The translations under genes were made by a program, and so were the position numbers. 64,000 bases of DNA from NCBI GenBank assembly GCA_918797485.1, contig CAKKNE010000003.1:2170001-2234000 (forward strand), in the 5' to 3' direction. Source of the stretch: Pelagomonas calceolata. Its lineage: Eukaryota. The notes beneath the pieces are model-generated. The model searched no databases. It saw only the letters and a program-made list of their open reading frames with translations, and had not been told where the DNA came from. Every line of letters starts with the position of its first letter. Position 1 is the stretch's first letter. Of this stretch, positions 20,823-31,846 are shown piece by piece.

Positions 20823-21743
20823 ATGATGCCGTTGCGATGGTTGGCCTTGGCCACGTGCGCCTCCGCACTCATCGCTCCGCTTGCGCCGAAACCACGCGTG
20901 ACGCTGCAAGCCACCGTCGCCGAGGCCACCGGCGGCGCGAACGCGGCCCTCATCGACGACCTCGCCGCGCGAACAAAGGACGCGCGGTCATTAGCCGACG
21001 ACCTGATTCCTTGTGGAGACGACACCGACCTCAAAACGTGGCTCGCCCGGTTTCTTGGCGACGACGGTGATGTGGATGCGGCCGAAGCGAAGGTACGAGA
21101 AAGTATAGAATGGCGTACTGGTGAAGGCAAGAAGATCTGCGAGGCGGCGAGAGATGCGGTCAACGAAGCCACTTCTGAAGGCGCCTGGACCAATAAACCC
21201 GTGCAGGAGAAGGCGCCGCACGGTAGTAAAATAAACGCGTTTTTTGAGGGAGGAAGGGTCATGAACCTGAGGAATAAGCAGGGAGACGGCCTCATCTACG
21301 CGATTCGCGCGGGCGACATCGACGACAAGGCCCTCATGAGTGCTGTTACTGTAGAAGAACTTGCTGACTTTTTTTTGTATGCGAAGGCAATTAACGAAAG
21401 GGCCTGCGCCTCTCTATCAAAGCGGACGGGCGCGCTGGCGACCGTCACGACGGTCAACGATCTAGCTGGAGTGGATCTACTCGGAGACGCGTCCTTCCGC
21501 AACGCTTTATCGGCGGCGTCGAAGCAGGGCGACGCGTATTTTCCGGGCCTGTCGGGCCCGACCGTCCTCCTAAACCTGCCGCGGCTGCTCGGGGCCTTGG
21601 TGAAGTTGTTTACGCCGCTCTTTCCCGAAAGTGTGCGGGCGAAGCTGCGGTTCGAGCGCCACGAGCTGGGGGAGGCGGGCGCTTTGGGTACGGAAAGTGG
21701 ACGGGCGAATTTGTCGGACTACATCGCGGACCTGCTCGGCTAG
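20823..21743 (+). CDS. CRAL-TRIO/Sec14-like lipid-binding protein, probably plastid-targeted
   Basis: LARFL...AEAKVRESIEWR, TVNDLAGV, YFPGL...LLNLP...PLFPESVRAKLRF; signal peptide followed by ASALIAP. Confidence 0.82.
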   Translation: MMPLRWLALATCASALIAPLAPKPRVTLQATVAEATGGANAALIDDLAARTKDARSLADDLIPCGDDTDLKTWLARFLGDDGDVDAAEAKVRESIEWRTGEGKKICEAARDAVNEATSEGAWTNKPVQEKAPHGSKINAFFEGGRVMNLRNKQGDGLIYAIRAGDIDDKALMSAVTVEELADFFLYAKAINERACASLSKRTGALATVTTVNDLAGVDLLGDASFRNALSAASKQGDAYFPGLSGPTVLLNLPRLLGALVKLFTPLFPESVRAKLRFERHELGEAGALGTESGRANLSDYIADLLG

Positions 21744-22090
21744 GAGTGTGCGTAAAGGTCGGTGCGTCGTCCTTTTTTTGTCCAGCGGAGGTCAACCAGA
21801 GCCCACTTGATGCCAGGGCTGGGAGAATCATTTAAGCTGACGGCGCCGGCCCCCGCAGCCCCGCCGCGCGCCACCGGACGCGCCAGGCACCGCTTGCAGC
21901 CCAAACTTGCTCGCCGCTGGCCCGGGCAGCCCCCGCGGCTGCTGCTTGCATTGCCGACCAAAAGACCGACTTGCACTGCCCGGCTTGCCGCGCGCGCCGA
22001 CGCCCGCCGCGCCAAGGCAGCTCGCAGCCAACCGCGCTGCCCGACGCTGGGCGATAGGAACGCAGCCGCATCCGCCTTGCACGTGCAAAG

Positions 22091-23099
22091 ATGGCCGTCG
22101 AGGGCACGGTCGTCGAGGTCAAGCGGGGCGAGCCCGTGCCCGCGCACGTCGGCGTCGGCGACGTCGTCGTCGTCCAGCCGGACCACGGCGGGCCCAGGTT
22201 CGGCATGCCGCACGCCGAGGTGACCGTGAGCGCCCTGAGCTCCGAGTGGCCCTTCCCCATGTGCTGCTCTGTGTGGAAATCAACCAGTGTGTCGGGTGCT
22301 CGGCGATGGCGCGGCCGTCCTGGCTCGATCGAGCGGTGAGGAACCGGCATCGCCACGCTATCGAGCAGGCGTCGCGTCGATGGCGTGGAGGTCGACGCGC
22401 GAACGCGCCGTAAAATGTTGATTTCCACACAGGTGCTGCTCGTGCGTGCTGCCGGACCGCTGCACGCTGGACCAGGGCCTCTGCTGCTACGCCTGCTGGT
22501 GCGCCGTCTGCGCCCACGCGGAGGTCGCCGAGCAGAACGGCATCCGCGGCCTCTGTCGCCAGAAGGAGTGGTACAAGCAGTGCGGCATCATCGTCGGCGT
22601 GTATCTTCTTGCCGGTTATTTTATCATGCCACTCATATCTTGTCTCTTCGTGCCCTGGATCATGACGGCGTACGGCACCCAGGTCCGCGACGGCGTCAAG
22701 CGCAAGTGGGGCCTGCCCGACGACGAGTGCTGCGGACCGACCTGCACGACGTACCTCCCCGGCTACCTCGGAATCGCAACCTGCGTGCCGGTCTTATTCC
22801 CGCATCAGGGCCAGTGCGCGGCGTACCAGATGCTCTACTTTATGAAGAAACGGGGCGCCCCGGCCCCCGTGTGCCCGTGCTACAAGCACGTCTGCGTCCA
22901 CTGCTCGCCCCCGGTCGACGGCGCGGAGGAAGACAAGTACCAGCGGATTTCCCGGAATATGGGAGAGACATTGCGCGAGGCCGACCAGCACATATTGGAA
23001 GATTTAACCGACAACCTTCATAAGGACGTAGCGGAAGGTGACCCGTTTAAAAACCAAAATACGAAGGACGAAACGGTCACCACGACGCAGCCGACCTAG
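22091..23099 (+). CDS. PLAC8/Cys-rich family membrane protein; exons 22091-22260, 22433-23099
   Basis: The spliced product reads WPFPMCCSC...LCCYACWCAVCAHAEV...RDGVKRKWGL...CAAYQM. Confidence 0.8.
22269..22432. mobile_element. Introner #7
   Basis: TIRs and perfect TSD GTGCTGCT. Intron 22261-22432. Confidence 0.95.
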
Positions 23100-23195
23100 C
23101 GGGTCGCCCGTCCCCCAATTCGCGCTTTGCTTAGAGCTACGCCGACGAGCCGCGGACCGCCGCTCGCCCCCAATTCGTAACCACACCTAAATAAG

Positions 23196-25791
23196 TTACC
23201 CACCCCCTTCAGCCTTCGCCAGGAGCGCCTTCGTCTCGGCGTCGGGCGGCGGCCGCGTAGCGATCCAGTAGAGCAGCGCCGCCTTCGACGCGCCGCCGTC
23301 GACGACCTGGAGGGCCATCATCTCCTTCCAGGCGCGCTCCGGGTCGAGCACGGCGCGCTCGCAGACGACGAGCGACGACCACGAGTCGTCGACCGCGGCG
23401 TCGTGCGCGAGGACGACGTCGAGGAACGCCAGGTCCTCGGCGATGAACGAGGGCGGCTTCAAGAGATCCTCCGTCGCCGGCGTCACGGGCAGGATCTGGA
23501 TGCCGTGCGCGTAGATGGGCGACGGCCCGAACCAGGTCTGCGCGCCCGTCGAGAGCGCGCCGAGCACACCGACCATTCTGTTGTGGTCCGCGAACCTCGC
23601 CGGGTAGACCTCGCCGCCGACCGGCATGTGGTAGTAGTACCGCGCGGCGCGCACCTCCATGGCCAGGAGCGTGCGGCACCAGTCCGCCAGCGCGACGTCA
23701 CCCAGGCTCAGGGCCAGGAGGTACGCCCCATAATAAGCGTTCGCCGCCTCGCTCGAACTTTCCTGGGCCTTGCCCTGGCCCATGAAGAAGATGCCGCTCG
23801 CCCACGAGTGCCCCGCGTAGAAGTCCTTGTGCCGCGCGCGCGGGAAGGCCCGCGCGTCGACATCCACACTATCGAGAGAGTGCCCGCTCCCGGGCGACGC
23901 CACGTCGTACAGCAGCGCGAAGAGCGCTCTTCTATGTTTCGCGGCGAAGCCCGCATCATTTTTCACAGCCACCGCGGCCGCGTGCAGCAGGTAGCCGTAG
24001 TGGAAGTGGTGGTCGTTGTAGTAGCCATTTCCAAAATCCGCGTCGTGGTCGTAGAGACCCTTCTCCGTCACGAGCCCGCCGTACGTCGCGTCGTAGACGA
24101 GGGGGTCCCCGTTCCTAGCTTCGAGCCACAATTCTAAGATACTTCGCATCTGGGCGACCGCGCTCGTGAAGGACGCGTCGTCACCCACTTCTTGCGCGAC
24201 GAGCGCCAGGCCCGCGAGCCGCGCGGCCTCCTTGCCGTTCCAGTACGCGTTGCCGAACCAGTCGTCGAAGCAAATCCACGCCGCATCTTTGTCGGTCTCG
24301 CCGGCCGGCCGCATGACGTCGGACTTCACCTGTTTTTTTATGGCATCGACATGTTTCTGCTCCTTGAGGGGCCGCGGCGCCGTGAAGCCTATTTTGGTCA
24401 AAGGCTCCGCGAGGCGCCAACTGCTCCCGAGGACGGCCCTACAGATGCCCTTGAGGCCGCCTCTGTAACGTAGTATGTCCAGGAAACCTATCGACGCGTC
24501 CGCCACCAAGGCGTCGACGTGATGAGGTAAAGCAAGCATCAGCAGCGCCGGCTCCAATTCATCTCTAGGTATGGACGATCCTAAATAAGCGACCTGCCAG
24601 TCGAAGGCCACAATTCCAACATCGGGATCCTTGGCTCGATCGACGGTCACCCTTACCGAACCGGCGGTCGCGTAGGCCTCGGCGTGGGCATCCAACATCA
24701 GCGCGTCTTTTGTGGAATTCGACGGCACGACGGCTGCGCGCATGACTCCTTGAAAGGAATGGGTGGTGTGCGCGCCGGTCGAGTCCCAGGTCAGTGTCAC
24801 TGGAGAAGAGAAGTAGAGGCGCCACGCCTGGCCGTTCGACAACGCAACAGAGAAGACCTCGCCCGTCTGAGCGCCCAAAGAACCGCTACAGCACGGGTGC
24901 TTTACACCACTCGGCTGCGGGCAGCAGTCTCCCTTCATGCTCGCTAGTATACAGCTCGGGTACGCCGCGCACGCTTTCGGCATCGTCTCGTTCGTAACGG
25001 CGTCGACGGCTTGGAGATCCGTAAACAGCGCGTCGGATTTCAGAGACGGGACGCCGTCGACGCGGAACGTGACGTAGGGACTGCCCCGCGCGAACAAGGC
25101 GTCGATCTGCCCCTTGTCTGCAGAACAACGCATCGTCATCGTCAGGTCGTCATAAGCGACGACTTCTCGCTTCTCCAGACCGCCCTTGAGGCTTACGATG
25201 AGGTCCTGCGACCTGCGTGGAAATCAACCAGTGAGTTAGGTTATCCACCTGAACGCCATCGCCTCGCGTCGATGGCGTGGAATCTACACACCATCGAGCA
25301 GATGCAGTTGCGAAATTTGATTTCCACGCAGCTTGCGACGTCGCCAGCGTCAGCGAGTCGTTCGTCGCGAGGACCTCGCCGTAACCTAGTACGACGCCTT
25401 TGTCGGGCAACACGGAAACCGTATACGGCGTCGCGAAGGCCGTGCCGAGGCCGTCGCCACTCGAAGAGGGCCCGCCGACGACCAAATTCGTCCACCACGC
25501 TCCGGTCGGGAAGGGCCGCTTCACGTTACCCCAGAGCTTCGTCGGCGTGTCGGGATGCGTTCGCGCTTCGAAGGGGACCCACTCGGCGGTCGCGCCCTTG
25601 AGCTTCGTGCTTTCTTTGATTGCTTGCCGCTTGAAGACGTCGCCGTAGCCCTTGACCGCGGCGCGGCCCTCCCACCGTCGGCGCGCGATGACCTTGGCGT
25701 AGACGGTTGCTGCTATTAACAGTATCGGTGCTATTATTAATACTCCTTTGCGCAGGAGGCGCTTCGCGCGGGGTGGGGGTTCGTCTTGCAT
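23196..25791 (-). CDS. GH81 endo-beta-1,3-glucanase, type II membrane-anchored; exons 25791-25340, 25212-23196
   Basis: PFPTGAWW, RGSPYVT, DFGNGYYNDHHFHYGY, DFYAGHSWASG, QESSSEAANAYY, HGIQILP. Confidence 0.93.
25213..25331. mobile_element. Introner #8
   Basis: TIRs CTGCGTGGAAATCAA/TTGATTTCCACGCAG; TSD CCTGCGAC/CTTGCGAC (7/8). Confidence 0.95.
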
Positions 25792-26199
25792 CGCGTCTGA
25801 GATGCTTGTTCGCTGCTGGGCCGCTGTGGCTGCCAAAGAGATGCAGTGCTGCAGCTATGCTGGCGCGGGCGTTGCTGCCGAGCTGTCCAGCCCTGCAACC
25901 TGTACTGCACCTGCAGCTGCAACTATGCGACCAGGAGCTGGCGAATTCAGAGAGATGGTCTCGACTATATTTTTGAGCTAGCATAACAGCACTAGGAACG
26001 ATTACGCAACAAGGCAAAGTGGAGCGATGCTCACGTTCGTGCCCGCGAGAGCGGCGATGGATCGCCGCATTTATTAAGCGAAGTGGTCGCAGCGCACCTG
26101 CGCGAACGGTGCCGCGCTTGGCGCGCCGTGGGCGCCACACATCGAGATCCTCTCTCTGAGCGTCAGTGAGGCGACGCGCAGCGTGCGGGCGTAGACACG

Positions 26200-28002
26200 A
26201 TGCGCGCCCTCGCGCTGCGCTGCGCGCTCTGCGTCGCGTGCGCACGAGCCGGCTGGATCGACGCCGACACGCCACACAATGAGCGGACGATCCGGAGCTA
26301 CGGCGACAACAGTAAACATACGCTCGTCATGAGCGACGAGTTCGAGACGCCGCACCGCTCCTTCAAGGACGGCGAGGACCCGCGCTGGACGGCCATTAAC
26401 AAGAACGACTACACCAATAAAGCGCTGCAGTACTACTCTGAAACTCACGCGACGACGTTCAACGGCACTTTGCGACTCACCACCACTGATGAAGACACGG
26501 AGTTCATGTCTCATCAAGTGAAGAACAAGGAGAAGGTCACGGTGAAGGTAAGAAAGCATTTCCGGTCGGCGATGCTCCAAGGATGGGACAAATTTTGTTT
26601 CCGGGGCGGCGTGCTGGAGATCCGGGCCAAACTACCGGGCCGCTGGGACGTGGGCGGGCTCTGGCCGGGTTTGTGGATGATGGGCAACCTCGCGCGAGCG
26701 ACGTATGTCGCCTCGTCGCAGCGCATGTGGCCCTTTTCGCATGAGCCCTGCGATCGATCGAATCAGCGGAAGCAGGAGGTCTCGGGCTGTGCGATCCGGC
26801 CCCATTTTGGTTTGAATTCAAGGCAGGGTCGGGGCGCCCCGGAGATCGACTTGCTCGAGGTGATGCCTGGTGCGGACTCGGCGTGAAAAATATGAGCTTG
26901 AACGTGACGCCGTCGCCTCGACGCCGCCGCCTCGACGCCGTCGCCTCGACGCCGTCGACGCGGCCGCATGAGATCGTTCCCCGCAGGCGACGGCTGGATG
27001 CCCATGCCCGTGCCGCCCTACTACTTGCTGAAACCCTACTATTCCACCTCCTTGCAATTAGCCCCGGCGGCAAAGGTGCGGCCCTGGAACGGCGCGCAGC
27101 CGGCACCCGGCACGTGGTACGAGGGTATGAAATATGGTCCCAACACGTCCCAAAATGTGTTTTTTTATGGGATGGAGCTCAAGTCGCCCATCGGTGACCC
27201 GGAGGAGTCGTACTGGGCCGACGCTGTTTCTGCCAATACTCCTATTGGCAGTTCCGAGTTTGAAGAGTTTCATACATATCGCTTGGAGTGGACGCCTCGA
27301 CAAAGGTTGGCGTGGTACAAGGACGGTGAATTTTTATATGAAATTAACCAGCAATCATTGACGAACTTGACGCGAGGGCTGCAGATCCCTGACGAGCCGA
27401 CCTACCTCCTCTTAAACACGGCCATGTCGTCGACGTGGGGCTTCCCGGCGCCCTGCCCGGCGGGCTGCGCCTGCGATTGTTTTGATTGCAAGAAGGAGGC
27501 CTGCAAATGCGCCATCGCCGAGGGCTTCTGCGATTCGCTGCCGGCGCACTTCCTGATCGACTACGTGCGGCTGTATCAAAATGAAAAACATTCCGTGGGC
27601 TGCGACCCGCCGTCGCACCCTACAAAAAAATTCATCCAGGCGCATCTAGATCGGTATCTGGACCCCGACGCGCCGCGGATGCGGCGGGCGCTCGAGCCGG
27701 TGCCGCGCGGCGGGGGGGCGTGTGTTCATGGGAGGGAGTGCGGGAGTGGTGGGGAGTGTGTGCGACGGCGGTGTCGCTGCGGTGATACCAGGACGGGCCC
27801 TATGTGCCAGGCACCCCGAGGTTTCGACGACGAGATCGGCGCGGCGGGCTCTGAGCCCCGGCTCGACCTGGCCGGTTTTGTGGTACCGCCGCAGCTCGCA
27901 GTCGCGCTGGCCTGTGTGGTGCTCGCGCATATCATGTTCTGTCGGCGGTCGCTCACGCGTATCCGGCACGAGCGGCGAGTCATGCGCGAGCGCGTTAGTT
28001 AG
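26200..28002 (+). CDS. GH16 KRE6/SKN1-like beta-glucan transglycosylase; exons 26200-26869, 26987-28002
   Basis: LVMSDEF, SAMLQGWDKFCFRGG, GLWPGLWMMGNLARA, GRGAPEIDLLE, IPDEP, IDYVRLYQ; signal peptide, EGF-like module and C-terminal TM. Confidence 0.92.
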
Positions 28003-28023
28003 CTAATCTAAAATGAATATGAA

Positions 28024-29262
28024 TTACCCGGGAGCACACGGATTGAGCTCCGCGAGCGCGCGGTTGACGATGCGGTGCGGCTTCGGCAGCACGATCGGGA
28101 AACCACGGCTCGAGGAGATGTTGCCGTAGATGTGGTCGTAGAGCATCCCCCGCACGCTGTTGAACTGGAACTTGAAGCGCGCGTTGACGAACTCGTCCGA
28201 GAAGAGGTTTTTGCTTATCGTGCACGTCGGGCCCGCCCAGTCGTTGAGCTCGTGCGTGAGACTTTTGTCGTCGGCCTTCGCCGCAAGAGTATGGAGCAGC
28301 ATCGAGTCGGCCATGGCGAACGCTTGCTGGATGCGCAGCGGCACCGCGGACTTACAAGACGACTGGATCTGCACGTAGATCTCGTTGTACGTGTCCACCG
28401 TCTTCGACGAGAGCGCGCCCCGCTCGAGGTCGTCCATGAACTCAGATCCTGGTGGAGTGGCCGGGTCGCCCGTCGCCTCGGTCGCGGGCTTCTTGCCTCG
28501 GTCCGTGATGTCGTTGATTTGCTTGAATTCGAGCTGGTCGAGCACCTGCTTCAGGTCGAGCACGGCAGAGGCATGCATGTCGCCGCGGCCTCCGAAATTG
28601 AGCCGGTCGTTGATGGTCTGAATGAACGTCGCCACGAGCGAGAGGAGGCCGACGAGCACCGTGAGGACCGTTGCCGTGTTCGAGCCGATCAGCTCGGACG
28701 TGGCGAGGAACGCCAATATGCCGCTCACCATCGTGAGCAGCGCCGCGGGCAGAAACAGGAACCAGAAGTGCCAGAACTTGAGGTGCGCCGCGGCGAGGCG
28801 GTGCATCTGGTGCTCGCGCGCGACCTTGACCTTGAGCGCCGCGAGTTGCTGGTCCTGGTGCTGGTTCTGCGCCGCCTCGGAGAAACTCGGCGCGGCGTCG
28901 TGAATCTGCTGCTTCCAGTACGGGACATCGGCGCGGAAGTGCTCGAGCTGTTCCGGCGTCCGCCAGCCGCCGTCGACGGTGTTTCGCGCCTTGGCCGTGG
29001 TCTCGTAGGAATGGAGGGCGGCCTCCAGCTTCTTCAGCCGGCGCGTCGCCTTGAGGAACGTGTTCTTATCGACGATCTCGAAATCCTCGCCGAGCGCCTC
29101 GAGGGCCGCGTGCGCCTTCTCGACGTCGAAGAACCGTCGCGGCTCGTCGCCGGCCACGCCCGCGTCGAGCTTGCGCCGCAACGCGTCGAGGCGCGCCGTA
29201 CACTTTTTGCGCACGTCCGCGTCCGCCCCCGCGAGCTGCTCGTGCATATCGTCGATGCCCAC
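28024..29262 (-). CDS. Protein with SLATT-like two-TM domain (5' end uncertain)
   Basis: H..AA.H...HFWFLFLPAALLTMVSGILAF...VGLLSLVATFIQTINDRLNF..RGDMH pattern. An in-frame stop just upstream suggests a missing first exon or a start at the internal Met. Confidence 0.65.
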   Translation of the reverse strand: MGIDDMHEQLAGADADVRKKCTARLDALRRKLDAGVAGDEPRRFFDVEKAHAALEALGEDFEIVDKNTFLKATRRLKKLEAALHSYETTAKARNTVDGGWRTPEQLEHFRADVPYWKQQIHDAAPSFSEAAQNQHQDQQLAALKVKVAREHQMHRLAAAHLKFWHFWFLFLPAALLTMVSGILAFLATSELIGSNTATVLTVLVGLLSLVATFIQTINDRLNFGGRGDMHASAVLDLKQVLDQLEFKQINDITDRGKKPATEATGDPATPPGSEFMDDLERGALSSKTVDTYNEIYVQIQSSCKSAVPLRIQQAFAMADSMLLHTLAAKADDKSLTHELNDWAGPTCTISKNLFSDEFVNARFKFQFNSVRGMLYDHIYGNISSSRGFPIVLPKPHRIVNRALAELNPCAPG

Positions 29263-29678
29263 CTTAAGAGACTCGTAGGTCTGGTAGTCCTTGATCTCTA
29301 CTTAAAGGCTTCTTCAGGACAGACCGTGGCGAATATTGGACGCCCCTGACTGACACACGTTATTTTGATTCGGCAACATGTTTGAAAGGCCTATTTACGT
29401 ATGGTGATACGTGCCACGTCCTAGAAGAACGCAGCAACGGCGCGTATATTGGCCCACGATGCTACGCCGGCGAAGACAAAACACCGTGCTGATCGGACCG
29501 AAAGGCCCAAAACGCAGCGCCAGCCCCCGCGACGAAGCGCGGTCCCCCTACATACGCGAACGCCCGGGAAAAAATCAATCAAAAAAACACAGAACAAAAT
29601 TCCGCGTGCAGTTCCTCCCTCTCGCTGGCGCCGCCCTGACTGTTATATAACTGCGTTATTCACGTTACAAAAACACAA

Positions 29679-31322
29679 TTACGCAAGCAATAGGGACAGG
29701 TAGTACAGCACCATCCCAACAGCAAGCGGCAACACCGCGAGCGCCGCCGCCCGCCGCGACACCACCATGGGCTCCGCGGACACGTCCACGCCGCGCCGCC
29801 GCAGCGCCGCGAGCGCGTCGCGCAGCGCGGGCCGGTTCGCCGCGTCGGCGGCGAGCGTCACGCGGACCACCGCGCCGTCGACGTGCCACCGGTGCGCCGC
29901 GGTGATCCTCACGTCGAAGCGCGCCCCCACTAACCGCTCGTCGAAGGGCACGAGCACCTTGACGTAGCGCTTCGTGTGGGCGACGAGCCGCTTGCCGCCG
30001 TCCGCCACTTCCCCGCACGACGCGCACGCCTCCACCACCCCAACTAATTCACTATATGGTCGGAACGTCGCCGCGAGCTGGGTCAAACGCCGCGACCGCG
30101 CTTTCACGTCCTTCGTCGGCACGCGCTTCATCTTCGCCGCGGGCGTGCCCGGCCTACTATAAAACTGCGAGATGTTCATCAAGTGAAAAGAATGCCTTTC
30201 TACGAGCTGATACGTCTCTTCGAAGTCCTCCTCCGTCTCGCCCGGAAAACCGCAGATGACGTCGGTCATGATGGTCACGCCACCGTCCACTTTCTCCTGT
30301 AGACGGTTCACGACTTTCTCAAAATCTTGCACCGTGTACTCGCGGTTCATTCTCGTGGCGCCGAGTACCTCATTGCTACCGGACTGCACGGGCACGTGCA
30401 AAAACGCGTAGATCTGCGGGTGCTCCATGACCTCCGCCAGCGTGTCCAGCTGGTCCAGGACGTAGGGCGGGTTCGTCATGCCGACCCTCAAAGATGCGAA
30501 GGGCCTTTTTTCAAGTACGGGGATCAATCGCAACAATAAAGCAGATAAAGACGTTTGTAGATCAATCCCGTAGGCGCCCGTGTCCTCAGAGCTCAGCCAG
30601 ACCTCGGCGACGCCCTCGTCGAGCGCGTTTGCGATGCGCTTCTCTATAGCCTCCGGCGCGTACGAGCCGAGCTTGCCCCGCGCGTGTCTCGTCTTGCAGT
30701 ACGTGCACGCGCCCAAACACCCCGTCGACAGGGGCACGATCTCTACTAGAGCTTCTTTTCGCTGCTTCGGCAGTTCCAGGGAAGGGAGGGGGCCCTGGCC
30801 CAGCGCGTGGAAGACCTCGCCTCGTAACGAAGCCGCGACGGCCTCGCCGACCCTCCCGAGCTGCTTGACGCCGATGGACGAGACGCCATCCAACAAAGGA
30901 GGCGCCTTCCCGGGCTTGCGCTTCACGAGGCCGCGGTCGCCCTGCGGCACGCAGCCGGCCACGACGACGCCCTTGCCCTCGGCCATGGCCTGGCGCGCCT
31001 CCTTCACGAAGGCTGCTTGCGACGGGTCCTTGACCGTGCAGCTGTTGATGACCCAGGCGTCCGCGCTCGCCGCGTCATTAGAGTTGGCCGACACATCATA
31101 CCCTTCCGCCGCCAAGACGCCGGCCATGTACTCGGAGTCGGACGCGTTGTGGGCGCACCCAAACGTGCGCACGTAGACGCGCTTCGTCTCGGGGAGGAAA
31201 CTCGGTGCGTTGCATTCGGTTCGTGGTTTAAACCGCGCGGTGCGCTTGTGCTTGGGGACGACCTCGTCGTCGCAGCGCGGGCCCCTCGTCAGGTCCGGGG
31301 GTTTGAGGTCTTCGATGTCCAT
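29679..31322 (-). CDS. CDKAL1: Threonylcarbamoyladenosine tRNA methylthiotransferase (CDKAL1/e-MtaB)
   Basis: TFGCAHNASDSEYMAG, NSCTVK, GCLGACTYCKTRHARG radical-SAM motif, TRAM domain and C-terminal TM. Confidence 0.95.
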   Translation of the reverse strand: MDIEDLKPPDLTRGPRCDDEVVPKHKRTARFKPRTECNAPSFLPETKRVYVRTFGCAHNASDSEYMAGVLAAEGYDVSANSNDAASADAWVINSCTVKDPSQAAFVKEARQAMAEGKGVVVAGCVPQGDRGLVKRKPGKAPPLLDGVSSIGVKQLGRVGEAVAASLRGEVFHALGQGPLPSLELPKQRKEALVEIVPLSTGCLGACTYCKTRHARGKLGSYAPEAIEKRIANALDEGVAEVWLSSEDTGAYGIDLQTSLSALLLRLIPVLEKRPFASLRVGMTNPPYVLDQLDTLAEVMEHPQIYAFLHVPVQSGSNEVLGATRMNREYTVQDFEKVVNRLQEKVDGGVTIMTDVICGFPGETEEDFEETYQLVERHSFHLMNISQFYSRPGTPAAKMKRVPTKDVKARSRRLTQLAATFRPYSELVGVVEACASCGEVADGGKRLVAHTKRYVKVLVPFDERLVGARFDVRITAAHRWHVDGAVVRVTLAADAANRPALRDALAALRRRGVDVSAEPMVVSRRAAALAVLPLAVGMVLYYLSLLLA

Positions 31323-31513
31323 GTTGTCCGCTCGACGGCGTGAGGCTGTCAGCAGCAGCAGTGGCTGCAGCTGCAATGCGGGCAGACTTAGTGGTGAAAC
31401 CGCTGATCTGCGGCACCGCAGCAACCAAGAGATCAAAAAATACGAGTTGTATGTTGCCAAGCTGCACCCTCGCTGCAAAAAAAGTTGGCTTGCTTGCTTG
31501 CTTGCTGGGATGC

Positions 31514-31536
31514 CTAGTGTCTTACAGGCCGCTAGC
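31514..31536. promoter_or_regulatory. GCTAG-motif copy
   Basis: CTAGTGTCTTACAGGCCGCTAGC between the divergent CDKAL1 and SET genes. Confidence 0.6.
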
Positions 31537-31846
31537 GTCGTCGACGATCCAGCCCCGCGACGCTTCGTCGTAGGCCAAGACTCGTCCTTTGTGTTCGAAA
31601 GATACTACCACTTCGTCCGCTCCAGCTCTGGAGATCATTGCCTTTGCACAGCCTGGCACTGGCGGCTAAAAGCGTGCTCCGCGTCATCGCTATTCGCAAA
31701 CAGACAGCATACGGAACACCATTTTTACGTACTTGTTTCGTTGCCTCGCCTGGAAACGCAGAACAACCGACTCAGCAACGTACAGAGCAGCAGGAGAGCA
31801 AGAGCACAAGTTACAGCGCTGCATAGCCAGCACGCCAGTCGCAGCG

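Noticed and set aside
28075..29349. 424-aa plus-strand ORF, and similar long antisense ORFs such as 2201-3160, 61675-62634 and 62594-63583
   Set aside because: These are shadow ORFs opposite real GC3-rich genes, with low-information Arg/Ala/Ser/Leu-rich translations.
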